Assembly (NCBI GenBank): GCA_040755855.1
Contig: JBFMAD010000018.1
Coordinates: forward strand, 17,777-81,776
Direction of reading: 5' to 3'
Origin: Planctomycetota bacterium
GTDB taxonomy: Bacteria > Planctomycetota > Brocadiia > JAADGH01
Length of the DNA: 64,000 bases
This document shows, piece after piece, positions 1 through 8,036 of the stretch (the stretch's first letter is position 1; each line of letters begins with the position of its first letter). A program made the translations under genes and the position numbers. The notes beneath the pieces were generated by a model, which worked only from the letters and a program-made list of their open reading frames with translations, did no database searches and was not told the origin of the DNA.

Positions 1-1102
1 GGAGCCAGCGCCGCATCCAGCGCAGGGCCGCCTCGCGCTGGGGCCGGTCGAAGCTGTGCTTCTCGGGGACCTCGAGGATGTCCGCCCGCTCGGTGTGGCC
101 GAGGATGGCGTACATGCGCTTGATCTCGCGGAAGGTGGTCCACGTGCCGCCGATGTCGAAGAAGTCGAATGTCGCCGTGAGAAAGAGCGTCGGCTTGGGG
201 GCGCGCATATGCGCGAAGTCCGCGTGCTCGATGCCGAGGGCCGTCTGGCCGGGGATATTCTGCTCGCCGTCCTGGGGACCGATGGTCTCGAAGAGGCGTT
301 CGAGGGATGTGATGTAGCACGACGGCGCGGCGGCGACGATGCGGTCGTCGGTCGCCATGAGATAGGACGTCATCGTCCCGCCGCCGGAGTTGCCCGTGCA
401 GCCGATGCGCTTGGCATCGACCTCCGGCCGGCTGACGAGGTAGTCGATGGACCGGATGCCGTCCCAGATGCGGTAGGTGGCGCAGTCCCAGCCAACGAGC
501 ATGGCCCCCACGTCTTCGAGGGAGTGCTCAGTGGTGCCCTGGACGATGGGCTTGCCGTTCTCGGCGAGGGCCTGGCATCGCTCGCCCTGGCCGATCGGGT
601 CGTAGCAGAGAACGACGAATCCATGCTGCGCAAGGAGGACGCCGGCGGTATGGTAGGCCTTGTATGCCTTGCCGTTGCCGCTGTGGCCGCAGGGGAGGAG
701 AACGCCGGGGTACGGCGGCTGGCCGGTCTTGGGCAGGTAGAGGTTGGCCGTCACGTGATGGTTGGGCCGGCTTTCGTAGATGACCTTTTCGATGCGGCAC
801 TCGTCGCGGTCAAGCGCGCCGGTGATCTGTGGGTTGAGGGGCGTCCGCTCGGGGAAGCCGCCCAGGGCCTTGACCCACTCTTCACGGATGTGCTTCTGCC
901 GCTTGTAGAAGTCCTCGGGGGTCTTGATGGCCTCGATGGCCTTGCGGCGGGAATCGAAGTGCTTCTTGCACTCGCCGAGGAGATACTGCTTGAGCATGTC
1001 CTTGCCGATGTTCGGGGGCAGGACGTTGAGGTCGGCTGGCTCATCGCACAGGGCAGCGGCGCCGATGAAGACGCATAGGACGGATAGGACAAATCGTTTC
1101 AT
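1..1102 (-). CDS. Secreted alpha/beta-hydrolase, acetylxylan-esterase-like (runs off the left window edge)
   Basis: Not in the ORF track because there is no stop in the window. Reads MKRFVLSVLCVFIGAAALCDE (signal peptide) ... RIEKVIYESRPNHHVTANLYLP ... IGCTGNSGGG (GxSxG nucleophile elbow). GGAGG RBS upstream. Confidence 0.8.
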   Translation of the reverse strand, partial: MKRFVLSVLCVFIGAAALCDEPADLNVLPPNIGKDMLKQYLLGECKKHFDSRRKAIEAIKTPEDFYKRQKHIREEWVKALGGFPERTPLNPQITGALDRDECRIEKVIYESRPNHHVTANLYLPKTGQPPYPGVLLPCGHSGNGKAYKAYHTAGVLLAQHGFVVLCYDPIGQGERCQALAENGKPIVQGTTEHSLEDVGAMLVGWDCATYRIWDGIRSIDYLVSRPEVDAKRIGCTGNSGGGTMTSYLMATDDRIVAAAPSCYITSLERLFETIGPQDGEQNIPGQTALGIEHADFAHMRAPKPTLFLTATFDFFDIGGTWTTFREIKRMYAILGHTERADILEVPEKHSFDRPQREAALRWMRRWL

Positions 1103-1266
1103 GGGATCGCCTCCATGGACTAATGGGTTTCCTCCAGCAGGGGTTCTATCCTAAGCCGCGCCGGAAGTTTGTCAACCTTTCTCTTGCAGCATTTCAGAAA
1201 ACAATTGCTTTTCTTCATCCCCATGTAAACAATGGAGGTGCAGAATTAGAGATGAAAGAGGAGGAT

Positions 1267-1764
1267 ATGACCTTTAACATCCGAAAAGCAACCGAGAAGG
1301 ACTACGCTGCCGTCTGCGCGCTTTTCGCCGAGGGCGATGGGATGCACCGCGAGGCCCTGCCCCACGTCTTCCGCGACCCCGGTGCGCCGGCGCGGACGAA
1401 GGAGTTTTTCACCGAGACCATCAAGAACAGCGACGCCGTTCTGTTCGTGGCGGAACAGGACGGAAAGCTGATCGGCATGATCCACGCCGTCCTTCGGAGC
1501 GCCCCGGCCATTCCTTTGTTCGTCCCGCGGCGCTATGCGGTGATTGATAATGTGGTCGTCGAGGAAAGCCATCGGCGTTCGGGGATTGGCGCCGCGTTGA
1601 TGGAACATGTGCACCGATGGGCCTTCGAGAAGGGTGTGACCCAGGTGGAGCTGAACGTATGGGAGTTCAACGAGGGTGCGATTGCCTTTTACGAAAAACT
1701 CGGCTACACGACCGCAAGCCGGAAGATGTGGAAGACGCTTGAGGAAGGGGGCGGCAGGAGATGA
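1267..1764 (+). CDS. GNAT family N-acetyltransferase
   Basis: VVEESHRRSGIGAALM acetyl-CoA motif A and NEGAIAFYEKLGY motif B. GAGGAGG RBS before ATG 1267. Confidence 0.9.
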   Translation: MTFNIRKATEKDYAAVCALFAEGDGMHREALPHVFRDPGAPARTKEFFTETIKNSDAVLFVAEQDGKLIGMIHAVLRSAPAIPLFVPRRYAVIDNVVVEESHRRSGIGAALMEHVHRWAFEKGVTQVELNVWEFNEGAIAFYEKLGYTTASRKMWKTLEEGGGRR

Positions 1765-1878
1765 GGCAAGCACCCTTTTTTGCCCAATCGCTTTCTGCTT
1801 GCGCTGCACCGAGGCGGGACGTATAATCCCGGTCTGGTCCGGTCTGGTCGGCACTTCTGTTCGATTAAGGAGGGAGGC

Positions 1879-2655
1879 ATGGATCCTTACGATGTCCGCT
1901 TCGCCCGTGAGATCTTCGGCGGCGTCTATCGCCTCGGCATCGAAAAGGCCCGCACCAACATCTACCTCGTGGATTGCGGCGACAAGTACGTCATGGCGGA
2001 CACCGGCCCGACCGGGTCGCTCGACGGGATTAGGGGCCAAATGACGGCCCTCGGCATCCCGCCGGAACAGGTGAGCCACATCATCGTCTCGCACTGCAAC
2101 TGCGAGGTTATCGGCACCCTCGCCGCCATGAAGCGCCGCACGGGGGCCAAGGTGATCGCTCACGGCAACGCCGCCGTGCCTATCGAACGGGGCGACGTGA
2201 TCCGCACCGGCGCGTCCATGGTGCCCCACGAGGGGTTCTTTGCCTCGTGCCCGGTGGACATCAAGGTGGGTGACGAGCACGTCCTCCGCGTCGGTTCGAG
2301 GGAGTTCGTTATCCGGCACTTCCACAGCTACACTGCCGGCGCGTTGAGCATCGAGTTCAAGGGGGAGGAGGGTACGTTCGTCATGCTCGGCGCCGCCATC
2401 TTCAAGGACGGCGGCATGGGCTTTCTCGATTTCCACTTCGGGTCCAGCATTCCGAAGTACATTGAGAACCTCCAAAAACTAAAAGAGCGCTACCCCGACC
2501 ACATCCTTCCCTCCCACGGCATGTGGTTCCCATTCTCCAAGCGCGTCGTGAACAAGGCGCTCAAGCGGCTGAAGTTCTATGAGAGACAGCCCGAGTTCGG
2601 CCTCGCCGGCCCGGGGCCCATGACGGATTCGGGATACGAGTATCCTCAGGAGTGA
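1879..2655 (+). CDS. MBL-fold metallo-hydrolase-like protein with degenerate metal motif
   Basis: NIYLV..ADTG, IIVSHCNCEV in place of HxHxDH, C-terminal ILPSHG. AGGAGG-type RBS. Confidence 0.75.
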   Translation: MDPYDVRFAREIFGGVYRLGIEKARTNIYLVDCGDKYVMADTGPTGSLDGIRGQMTALGIPPEQVSHIIVSHCNCEVIGTLAAMKRRTGAKVIAHGNAAVPIERGDVIRTGASMVPHEGFFASCPVDIKVGDEHVLRVGSREFVIRHFHSYTAGALSIEFKGEEGTFVMLGAAIFKDGGMGFLDFHFGSSIPKYIENLQKLKERYPDHILPSHGMWFPFSKRVVNKALKRLKFYERQPEFGLAGPGPMTDSGYEYPQE

Positions 2656-2667
2656 AGGCACCCATCA

Positions 2668-2836
2668 GGTGATTTCTTCCCATTGGACACACAATACAAA
2701 CAGGTTCCAGCTATATCGTTCAGAACGGAACCTGTTTGTATCCTGACGCCGATGCCTCAAATTTTGCCCGTGCGCGTCAGGAGGCTGTTGTGCCGCGATC
2801 GCTTGGAAACAGTGTGTCCAATGGGAAGAAATCACC
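2668..2836. mobile_element. MITE-like element, 169 bp, perfect 25-bp terminal inverted repeats
   Basis: GGTGATTTCTTCCCATTGGACACAC (2668-2692) and GTGTGTCCAATGGGAAGAAATCACC (2812-2836). Internal hairpins at 2694-2708/2727-2741 and 2742-2749/2774-2781. No coding capacity and no obvious target-site duplication. Confidence 0.7.
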
Positions 2837-2884
2837 GTCCGCTGCGCGTACATGGCTGACACAAACGTAGAAGGAAGCGCTCGT

Positions 2885-4048
2885 ATGCAAATCACCGACG
2901 TCAAGACGTACATCCTACAGTGCAACCTCGACAAACGGCTCGGATATTCGCAAAATTGGTTCAAGACGCGCACCGCGCATCTCGTCGAGGTGCGGACCGA
3001 CGAGGGACTGAGCGGCTGGGGCGAGGCCCACGGACCGGGCGGCATCGCCATCGCCAACAAGGCGATCATCGAGAACGTCCTCAAACCATTCGTCATCGGC
3101 ATGGACCCCTTCGACGTGGAACTGATTTGGCACCGGATGTACAACGGCATCCGCGACTACGGCCAGAAGGGCATGCCCTTGCAGTGCATGTCCGGCATTG
3201 ATATCGCCCTGTGGGACATCATGGGCAAGGCCACCGGCCGCCCCCTCTGGCGGCTGCTCGGCGGGAAGTTCCGCGACAAGATCATGGCCTACGGCTACGG
3301 CATGCTCTTCCGCGACTCGCCCAACCTCGCCAGGGATTTTGCCGACGAGGCGGCGGGGCTCGTTCGCACCGGCTTCAAGGCTATCAAGATGAAGGTCGGC
3401 CGGTCGGTGAGGGAGGACATGGAGCTGGCCAACGCCGTGCGCTTCGCCGTCGGCAGCGACATCCTCGTCATGGCCGACGCGAACCACGCCTACACCCCCC
3501 GCGAGGCGATCCCCCTCGGACGGCGGCTGGAGCGGCTCGACTTCCACTGGTTCGAGGAGCCGGTCGCCCCCGAGGACTACGAGGGCTACGTCGAGGTGAA
3601 GAACGCCCTCGACATCCCAATCGCCGGCGGCGAAGCGGAGTACACCCGCTACGGCTTCCGCGAACTCATCAAGCGGCGGTGCGTGGACGTCGTCCAGCCG
3701 GAGATATGCGGCGTCGGCGGGATCACCGAATACAAGAAAATCCTCGCCATGGCCATGGCCGAGGGCATCCCCGTCATCCCCCATGTCTGGGGGTCGGAGA
3801 TCGCGTTGGCCGTTTCGCTGCACTGCGTCGCCGCCCTGCCCGACATCCCCGGCGCCGTCACGCCCACGCAGCCGATGGTGGAGTACGACACGACCCCGAA
3901 CGAGCTCCGCGACCACATCGCCAAGGAGCCGCTGAACCTGCTGGACCAGATCAAGAGATCGGACGGCTACGTCGCCCCGCCCGACCACCCCGGCATCGGC
4001 ATCGAGCCGGACGACGATGCGATCCACAAATACCGAATTGACAAGTGA
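2885..4048 (+). CDS. Mandelate racemase/muconate lactonizing enzyme family (enolase superfamily), D-galactarolactone cycloisomerase-like
   Basis: SGIDIALWDI, KMK, DANH, WFEEP, AGGE and PHVWG motifs. YNGIRDYGQKG and EYDTTPN resemble the Gci subgroup. Confidence 0.85.
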   Translation: MQITDVKTYILQCNLDKRLGYSQNWFKTRTAHLVEVRTDEGLSGWGEAHGPGGIAIANKAIIENVLKPFVIGMDPFDVELIWHRMYNGIRDYGQKGMPLQCMSGIDIALWDIMGKATGRPLWRLLGGKFRDKIMAYGYGMLFRDSPNLARDFADEAAGLVRTGFKAIKMKVGRSVREDMELANAVRFAVGSDILVMADANHAYTPREAIPLGRRLERLDFHWFEEPVAPEDYEGYVEVKNALDIPIAGGEAEYTRYGFRELIKRRCVDVVQPEICGVGGITEYKKILAMAMAEGIPVIPHVWGSEIALAVSLHCVAALPDIPGAVTPTQPMVEYDTTPNELRDHIAKEPLNLLDQIKRSDGYVAPPDHPGIGIEPDDDAIHKYRIDK

Positions 4049-4052
4049 GGAC

Positions 4053-5381
4053 ATGATGAAAAGAACAGTATTCCACGCGGCTCTCACTCTGTCCTTTCTG
4101 TTGTCTGTTCTGAATGCCGCAGACAACGACGCCTTCTGGAACCAGATCAAGGAGAAGTACCGGGCCTACACACAGATCCATCAGGACCCAACCACCGGCC
4201 TGCTTTACGTCGGCACACTCGAAGACCTGAAGACCGAGAAGCGGAACAAGGTCGAAGACGTGCTCAAGGGCATGGTACGCGGCGTGGTGTCCGAGTGCGG
4301 ATACGGCAGCGCCGGCGATTCGGGCATGGCCGACACGTCCCTCTTCGGCGGGCAGATGCTCTATGCCATGCTCGAGGCCCACGACGTCCGCCAGGACCCC
4401 GAGGTCGCCGACTGGGCGCGGCTGCTCTTCAAGGGCATGAAGATCATCGGCTCGACCAGCCCCGCGCCGGGCTTCGTCATCCGCGGGCCGCACCCCAACA
4501 ATCCCAATGCCTACTACAAAGACTCCTCCATGGACCAGCACTCCACCTACTGCATCGCCCTGTGGCGCTACTACCACTGCTCCCTGGCCACGGAGGAGGA
4601 CAAGGCGTTCATCCGCGACTCGCTCGACAAGTTCGCCGCGCGGCTGGAGAAGAACAAGTGGCAGATCCTCACCGAGGACAACAGCCGACAGGCCCACGCC
4701 GGCGGCGGCGACCTGACGCGCATCGCAGCGCACGCCGTCACGCTCCTCCTGCCGATGGTCGGGGCTGTGGCCGACGTCACGCAGAAGGAACACTGGAAGG
4801 AGACCTACGAACGCTTCGCGTCGGAGCGCGAGGGCGTCCGCTTCAAGACGCTCTATCCGGATCACGAGGGCTTTGGCCAAAACACCCACCTGCAATGGGG
4901 GCAGCAGGCCATCTTCCGCATCCACTGCTGGTATGGATTTGAGAAGGACCCGGAGCGGCGCAAGGCCATCCTCGCCCACGCGAAGGCATCCACGGAACAA
5001 AGGCTGGCCCAGGAGTTCCCCCCGCAGACGGGCAAGGGCGGGCTGTTCGAGATGTTCCACAAGATGATGCTCACGCCCGATGAAGCGAAGCAACTCGGCT
5101 GGGAGCAAGGGTTTATGCCCGGCCCTGTCGAGGCGTGGAAGCATTACAAGCCGGAGTATGTGAAACTGCCGTCGGCGTTCTATGTGAAGATCAAGGACAT
5201 CTGCATCCTCTATCCCTCCAGCGTCTTCACGATGGGTGTCTTCTGCCGCGACCCCGACATCGAGAAGCGATGCGCCGCGCTCGTCGAGGAGATGCTGAAC
5301 ACGGTGGATGTCTCGCGCCTCTCCGGCTGGCCGCACTGGGGCGTGATCGTGCCGGGGTGGAAGGCGTATGCGGTGCGATGA
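4053..5381 (+). CDS. Secreted hypothetical protein, possibly (alpha/alpha)-barrel fold
   Basis: Signal peptide MKRTVFHAALTLSFLLSVLNA, host-like codon usage, starts 4 nt after the enolase-family gene. Confidence 0.7.
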   Translation: MMKRTVFHAALTLSFLLSVLNAADNDAFWNQIKEKYRAYTQIHQDPTTGLLYVGTLEDLKTEKRNKVEDVLKGMVRGVVSECGYGSAGDSGMADTSLFGGQMLYAMLEAHDVRQDPEVADWARLLFKGMKIIGSTSPAPGFVIRGPHPNNPNAYYKDSSMDQHSTYCIALWRYYHCSLATEEDKAFIRDSLDKFAARLEKNKWQILTEDNSRQAHAGGGDLTRIAAHAVTLLLPMVGAVADVTQKEHWKETYERFASEREGVRFKTLYPDHEGFGQNTHLQWGQQAIFRIHCWYGFEKDPERRKAILAHAKASTEQRLAQEFPPQTGKGGLFEMFHKMMLTPDEAKQLGWEQGFMPGPVEAWKHYKPEYVKLPSAFYVKIKDICILYPSSVFTMGVFCRDPDIEKRCAALVEEMLNTVDVSRLSGWPHWGVIVPGWKAYAVR

Positions 5382-5446
5382 AGCCAAATTCCACTGCAAA
5401 TTGCAGATTGGAAGAGAAGGGAGACATGATACCGTCATGTTCTTCC

Positions 5447-5475
5447 TTGACAATCATTGCGAGCGACGCTAAGAT
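5447..5475 (+). promoter_or_regulatory. Sigma70-type promoter of the DUF4258/YgiT pair
   Basis: TTGACA-N17-TAAGAT. Confidence 0.6.
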
Positions 5476-5514
5476 GCGAGAAGATGTGAGGCCCGCACCG
5501 AAAGGCCATGAGTA

Positions 5515-5826
5515 ATGAACGATGCGCTTGTGCAGATCAAGCGAGCGGTTCTTGCGGGGCGTTACGCCTTCAGCGAGAAGGCGCGCCTGGAAATGGAAAC
5601 AGACGGCATCACGGAACTCGATGTGGCTGAATCCATTCTCAATGCCGTGGCGATCTACAAACGAATCCGCTCCCAGAGTCCCTTTCGGGGAATGGCAAGG
5701 GAGTATCTTTACGTGATTCAAAGCACGAACCTCGACGGAGTGATGATCTACTCCAAGGGCAAACTCGCAAGAGAAGCCGGGACGGAAATCTACTATTTCT
5801 TCGTTTCATCAAAAAGGGCGTTCTAA
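5515..5826 (+). CDS. DUF4258-like putative toxin (RelE/MqsR-like fold)
   Basis: 103 aa, GRYAFSEKARLEM..DGITELDV, directly upstream of a YgiT zinc finger. Confidence 0.65.
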   Translation: MNDALVQIKRAVLAGRYAFSEKARLEMETDGITELDVAESILNAVAIYKRIRSQSPFRGMAREYLYVIQSTNLDGVMIYSKGKLAREAGTEIYYFFVSSKRAF

Positions 5827-5844
5827 GAAGGAAGGACCGTCGCC

Positions 5845-6075
5845 ATGCGTCTCACAATTTGCCCCTCTTGCGGCAGCCGTCGAATCAAGAAGGTGCGGCG
5901 GAAATGGACGGGGACTTTCCAGGGCCGGACCTATGTCGTCCCTTCGCTCCAATTCCACGAGTGCCCCGACTGCGGGGAGAAGGTGTATGATCGGGAGGCG
6001 ATGAGGAAGATTGAGGCCCACTCTCCTGCCTTTGAGCGAGCAGCGTCTTTGCCAACCAAAACGCCGATCGGCTGA
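5845..6075 (+). CDS. YgiT-type zinc finger protein (MqsA N-terminal-like, no HTH)
   Basis: CPSC...CPDCGE with YDREAMRKIE, 76 aa. Confidence 0.8.
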   Translation: MRLTICPSCGSRRIKKVRRKWTGTFQGRTYVVPSLQFHECPDCGEKVYDREAMRKIEAHSPAFERAASLPTKTPIG

Positions 6076-6199
6076 TGGGCGAAATCAATCAATGGGGCAT
6101 GTCAGGCCAAACAGTCAATCCCGCAGAGGGCAAGACCCTGAGACTGCCTGACATGTTGCATTGTTACCGCACGCCATAGTCTGAAAGGAGGGATGTGCG

Positions 6200-7021
6200 A
6201 TGAGGCGCAGGATTTGCTGTGTGTGGCTGTGTATAACATTCGCCCTCATAACGCCTTACGACGCGCAGGCGCAGAGCAAGAAGAAGGCCAAGGAGCCGGA
6301 ACTGGCAATCTCGAAACGGGGGAATCTGATCTTTGAGGATGATTTCTCCGAGAAGGAACTCAAGTGGAGACTTCTGCAAGAAACCTGCTCGTGGAAAATA
6401 ACAAAAGGAAAATTAGTGTCCACTGATGCCTGGGCTAACATAGCACGGGATATACCTTCAACGAGCGGATTGATTCTTCAGTTCACCGTTGATTCCTCGG
6501 ACTCCGTAACTGAAGTCCATTTACTGAATGGCACGAAGCCGAGTCAACGGTTATACCTTTCCGTATATCCCAAATCATGCCTGAAAGTAACTCGTCTCGA
6601 CGAGAGCAGGAACAAGGAGCATTTGCTCGTCACTCCTCTTGTTTCCAAAGCAGATGCATCTTACACGGTCTTGTTCGAATCCATCGAGGGAAAGGTCTGC
6701 CTGAGTGCTTTCGGCAAGAGTGTCGTGCATGATACTGGAGTGAAAGACTTGATATACAGCTTGATTCAGCTGAATTTTAGGAAGGATAAAGGTTCTTTCA
6801 TTGCCATTGACGACGTCAAAGTCTGGGAAGCCTTGCCGAAGGATGCGCCGGGCGTCAAGGAGGAAAAGACGGCGGAGGCTAAGGATGAAAAACCCTCCGC
6901 GGATGCGCCAAAACCCGATGAAGCCAAATCCGCCGACGCCGAAAAGCCGAAGGACGAGAGGCCACCTGTCCAACCCGCCAACGCCCTCGGCAAGGACGCC
7001 GACGGCAAACCCATCGTCTGA
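6200..7021 (+). CDS. Secreted beta-sandwich (LamG/DUF1080-like) protein with Lys/Glu/Pro linker; frame continues past TGA to 7285
   Basis: Signal peptide, GNLIFEDDF...IDDVKVWEA, low-complexity linker. AGGAGG RBS. Confidence 0.65.
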   Translation: MRRRICCVWLCITFALITPYDAQAQSKKKAKEPELAISKRGNLIFEDDFSEKELKWRLLQETCSWKITKGKLVSTDAWANIARDIPSTSGLILQFTVDSSDSVTEVHLLNGTKPSQRLYLSVYPKSCLKVTRLDESRNKEHLLVTPLVSKADASYTVLFESIEGKVCLSAFGKSVVHDTGVKDLIYSLIQLNFRKDKGSFIAIDDVKVWEALPKDAPGVKEEKTAEAKDEKPSADAPKPDEAKSADAEKPKDERPPVQPANALGKDADGKPIV

Positions 7022-7285
7022 GACATCTCGCCCAAAGGCGCGATGCGCAGCGCGGATGCGGAAGGCAAGCTAACCAAGGTCGCGCTCTACGGCCCGGGGC
7101 AGATGACGGCGCGGATCAAGGCCCAGACGCTGGTTCTCATGGGTAACGGCGAAGTGGAAGTCGCCGCCGGCGGCGCGACGCAGACCGTCACGCTCCCCGG
7201 CAAGGCTGACATCAAAGGCGGCGACATCATCACGCTCAAGGCCAAGCGCGGCACGGTGCAGATCACCGACGTGACGGCGGAGTAG
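7022..7285 (+). pseudogene. In-frame continuation of the 6200 gene beyond TGA (probable severed C-terminal domain)
   Basis: Same frame as 6200. Reads KPIV*DISPKGAMRSADAEGKLTK..., host-like codon bias, no clear RBS before ATG 7043. Confidence 0.5.
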
Positions 7286-7300
7286 AAATTGAGGAGTTTG

Positions 7301-7377
7301 GCCACGGATTGAACACGGACGCAACACGGATGAGATGCAGAAGAGGAATCCGTGTTTCATCCGTGTTGATCCGTGGC
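7301..7377. repeat. Palindromic array of 10-bp units, (A/C)CACGGAY x3 and ATCCGTG x3
   Basis: GCCACGGATTGAACACGGACGCAACACGGAT ... ATCCGTGTTTCATCCGTGTTGATCCGTGGC. Confidence 0.85.
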
Positions 7378-7409
7378 TACATATTCTCTCTTTGAGGAAA
7401 GGAAACCGC

Positions 7410-8030
7410 ATGTTCGAAGGCTACAAGATCGTTGACCTGTCCCCCGAACTGATCCCGGGCGAAGAGGATCGGCGGCTCGCAATCCGCGAATACATCTTCG
7501 AGCTGGACAATACCTACATGACCGACATTGACATCATGAGCCACATCGGCGTCCACATCGAGGCGCCGTCGCACTACAAGAAGGGACTCAAGGATGTCTC
7601 GCAGCTCCCCATCGCGGACTTCCTCGGCGATGCGATCTCGCTCAACGTCGAGTCCGTCGGCAAGGGCCAGCCCATCACGCCCGAGGATCTGGCCCGCATC
7701 AGCGAGACCGGCGGCGTCCGCCCGCGCGACATCCTCTTCCTCCACAGCCCCTTTGCGGGCAAGGACCGCCCCTTCATCTCCCGCGCCCTGGCCGAGTGGA
7801 TGGCCGACCTGCCCGTCAAGATGCTCGGCATTGACATGACGGTGGACCTTGAGGAAAAGGGCCAGATGTTCACCCACGACTTCCTCCTGCGCAAGGACAT
7901 CGCCATCATCGAGCGCGTGGCGAACCTCAAGGAACTGCCCGAGCGCTTCGTCTTCATCGGCCTGCCCCTGCGCATTCGGGGCATCGACTCCTCGCCCATC
8001 CGCGCCATCGCCCTGATAAAGGAGGAATAG
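7410..8030 (+). CDS. Cyclase / kynurenine formamidase-like metal-dependent hydrolase
   Basis: HIGVHIEAPSH (HxGxHxDxPxH family), IIE and C-terminal PLRIRGIDSSPIRAIA. Confidence 0.9.
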   Translation: MFEGYKIVDLSPELIPGEEDRRLAIREYIFELDNTYMTDIDIMSHIGVHIEAPSHYKKGLKDVSQLPIADFLGDAISLNVESVGKGQPITPEDLARISETGGVRPRDILFLHSPFAGKDRPFISRALAEWMADLPVKMLGIDMTVDLEEKGQMFTHDFLLRKDIAIIERVANLKELPERFVFIGLPLRIRGIDSSPIRAIALIKEE

Positions 8031-8036
8031 GGCGCG

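Noticed and set aside
56-1078. 340-aa plus-strand ORF in the track
   Set aside because: The real gene is on the minus strand (signal peptide, GNSGGG motif, RBS).
7301-7377. Short repeats as a possible CRISPR array
   Set aside because: Units are 10 bp without unique spacers, and there are no cas genes.
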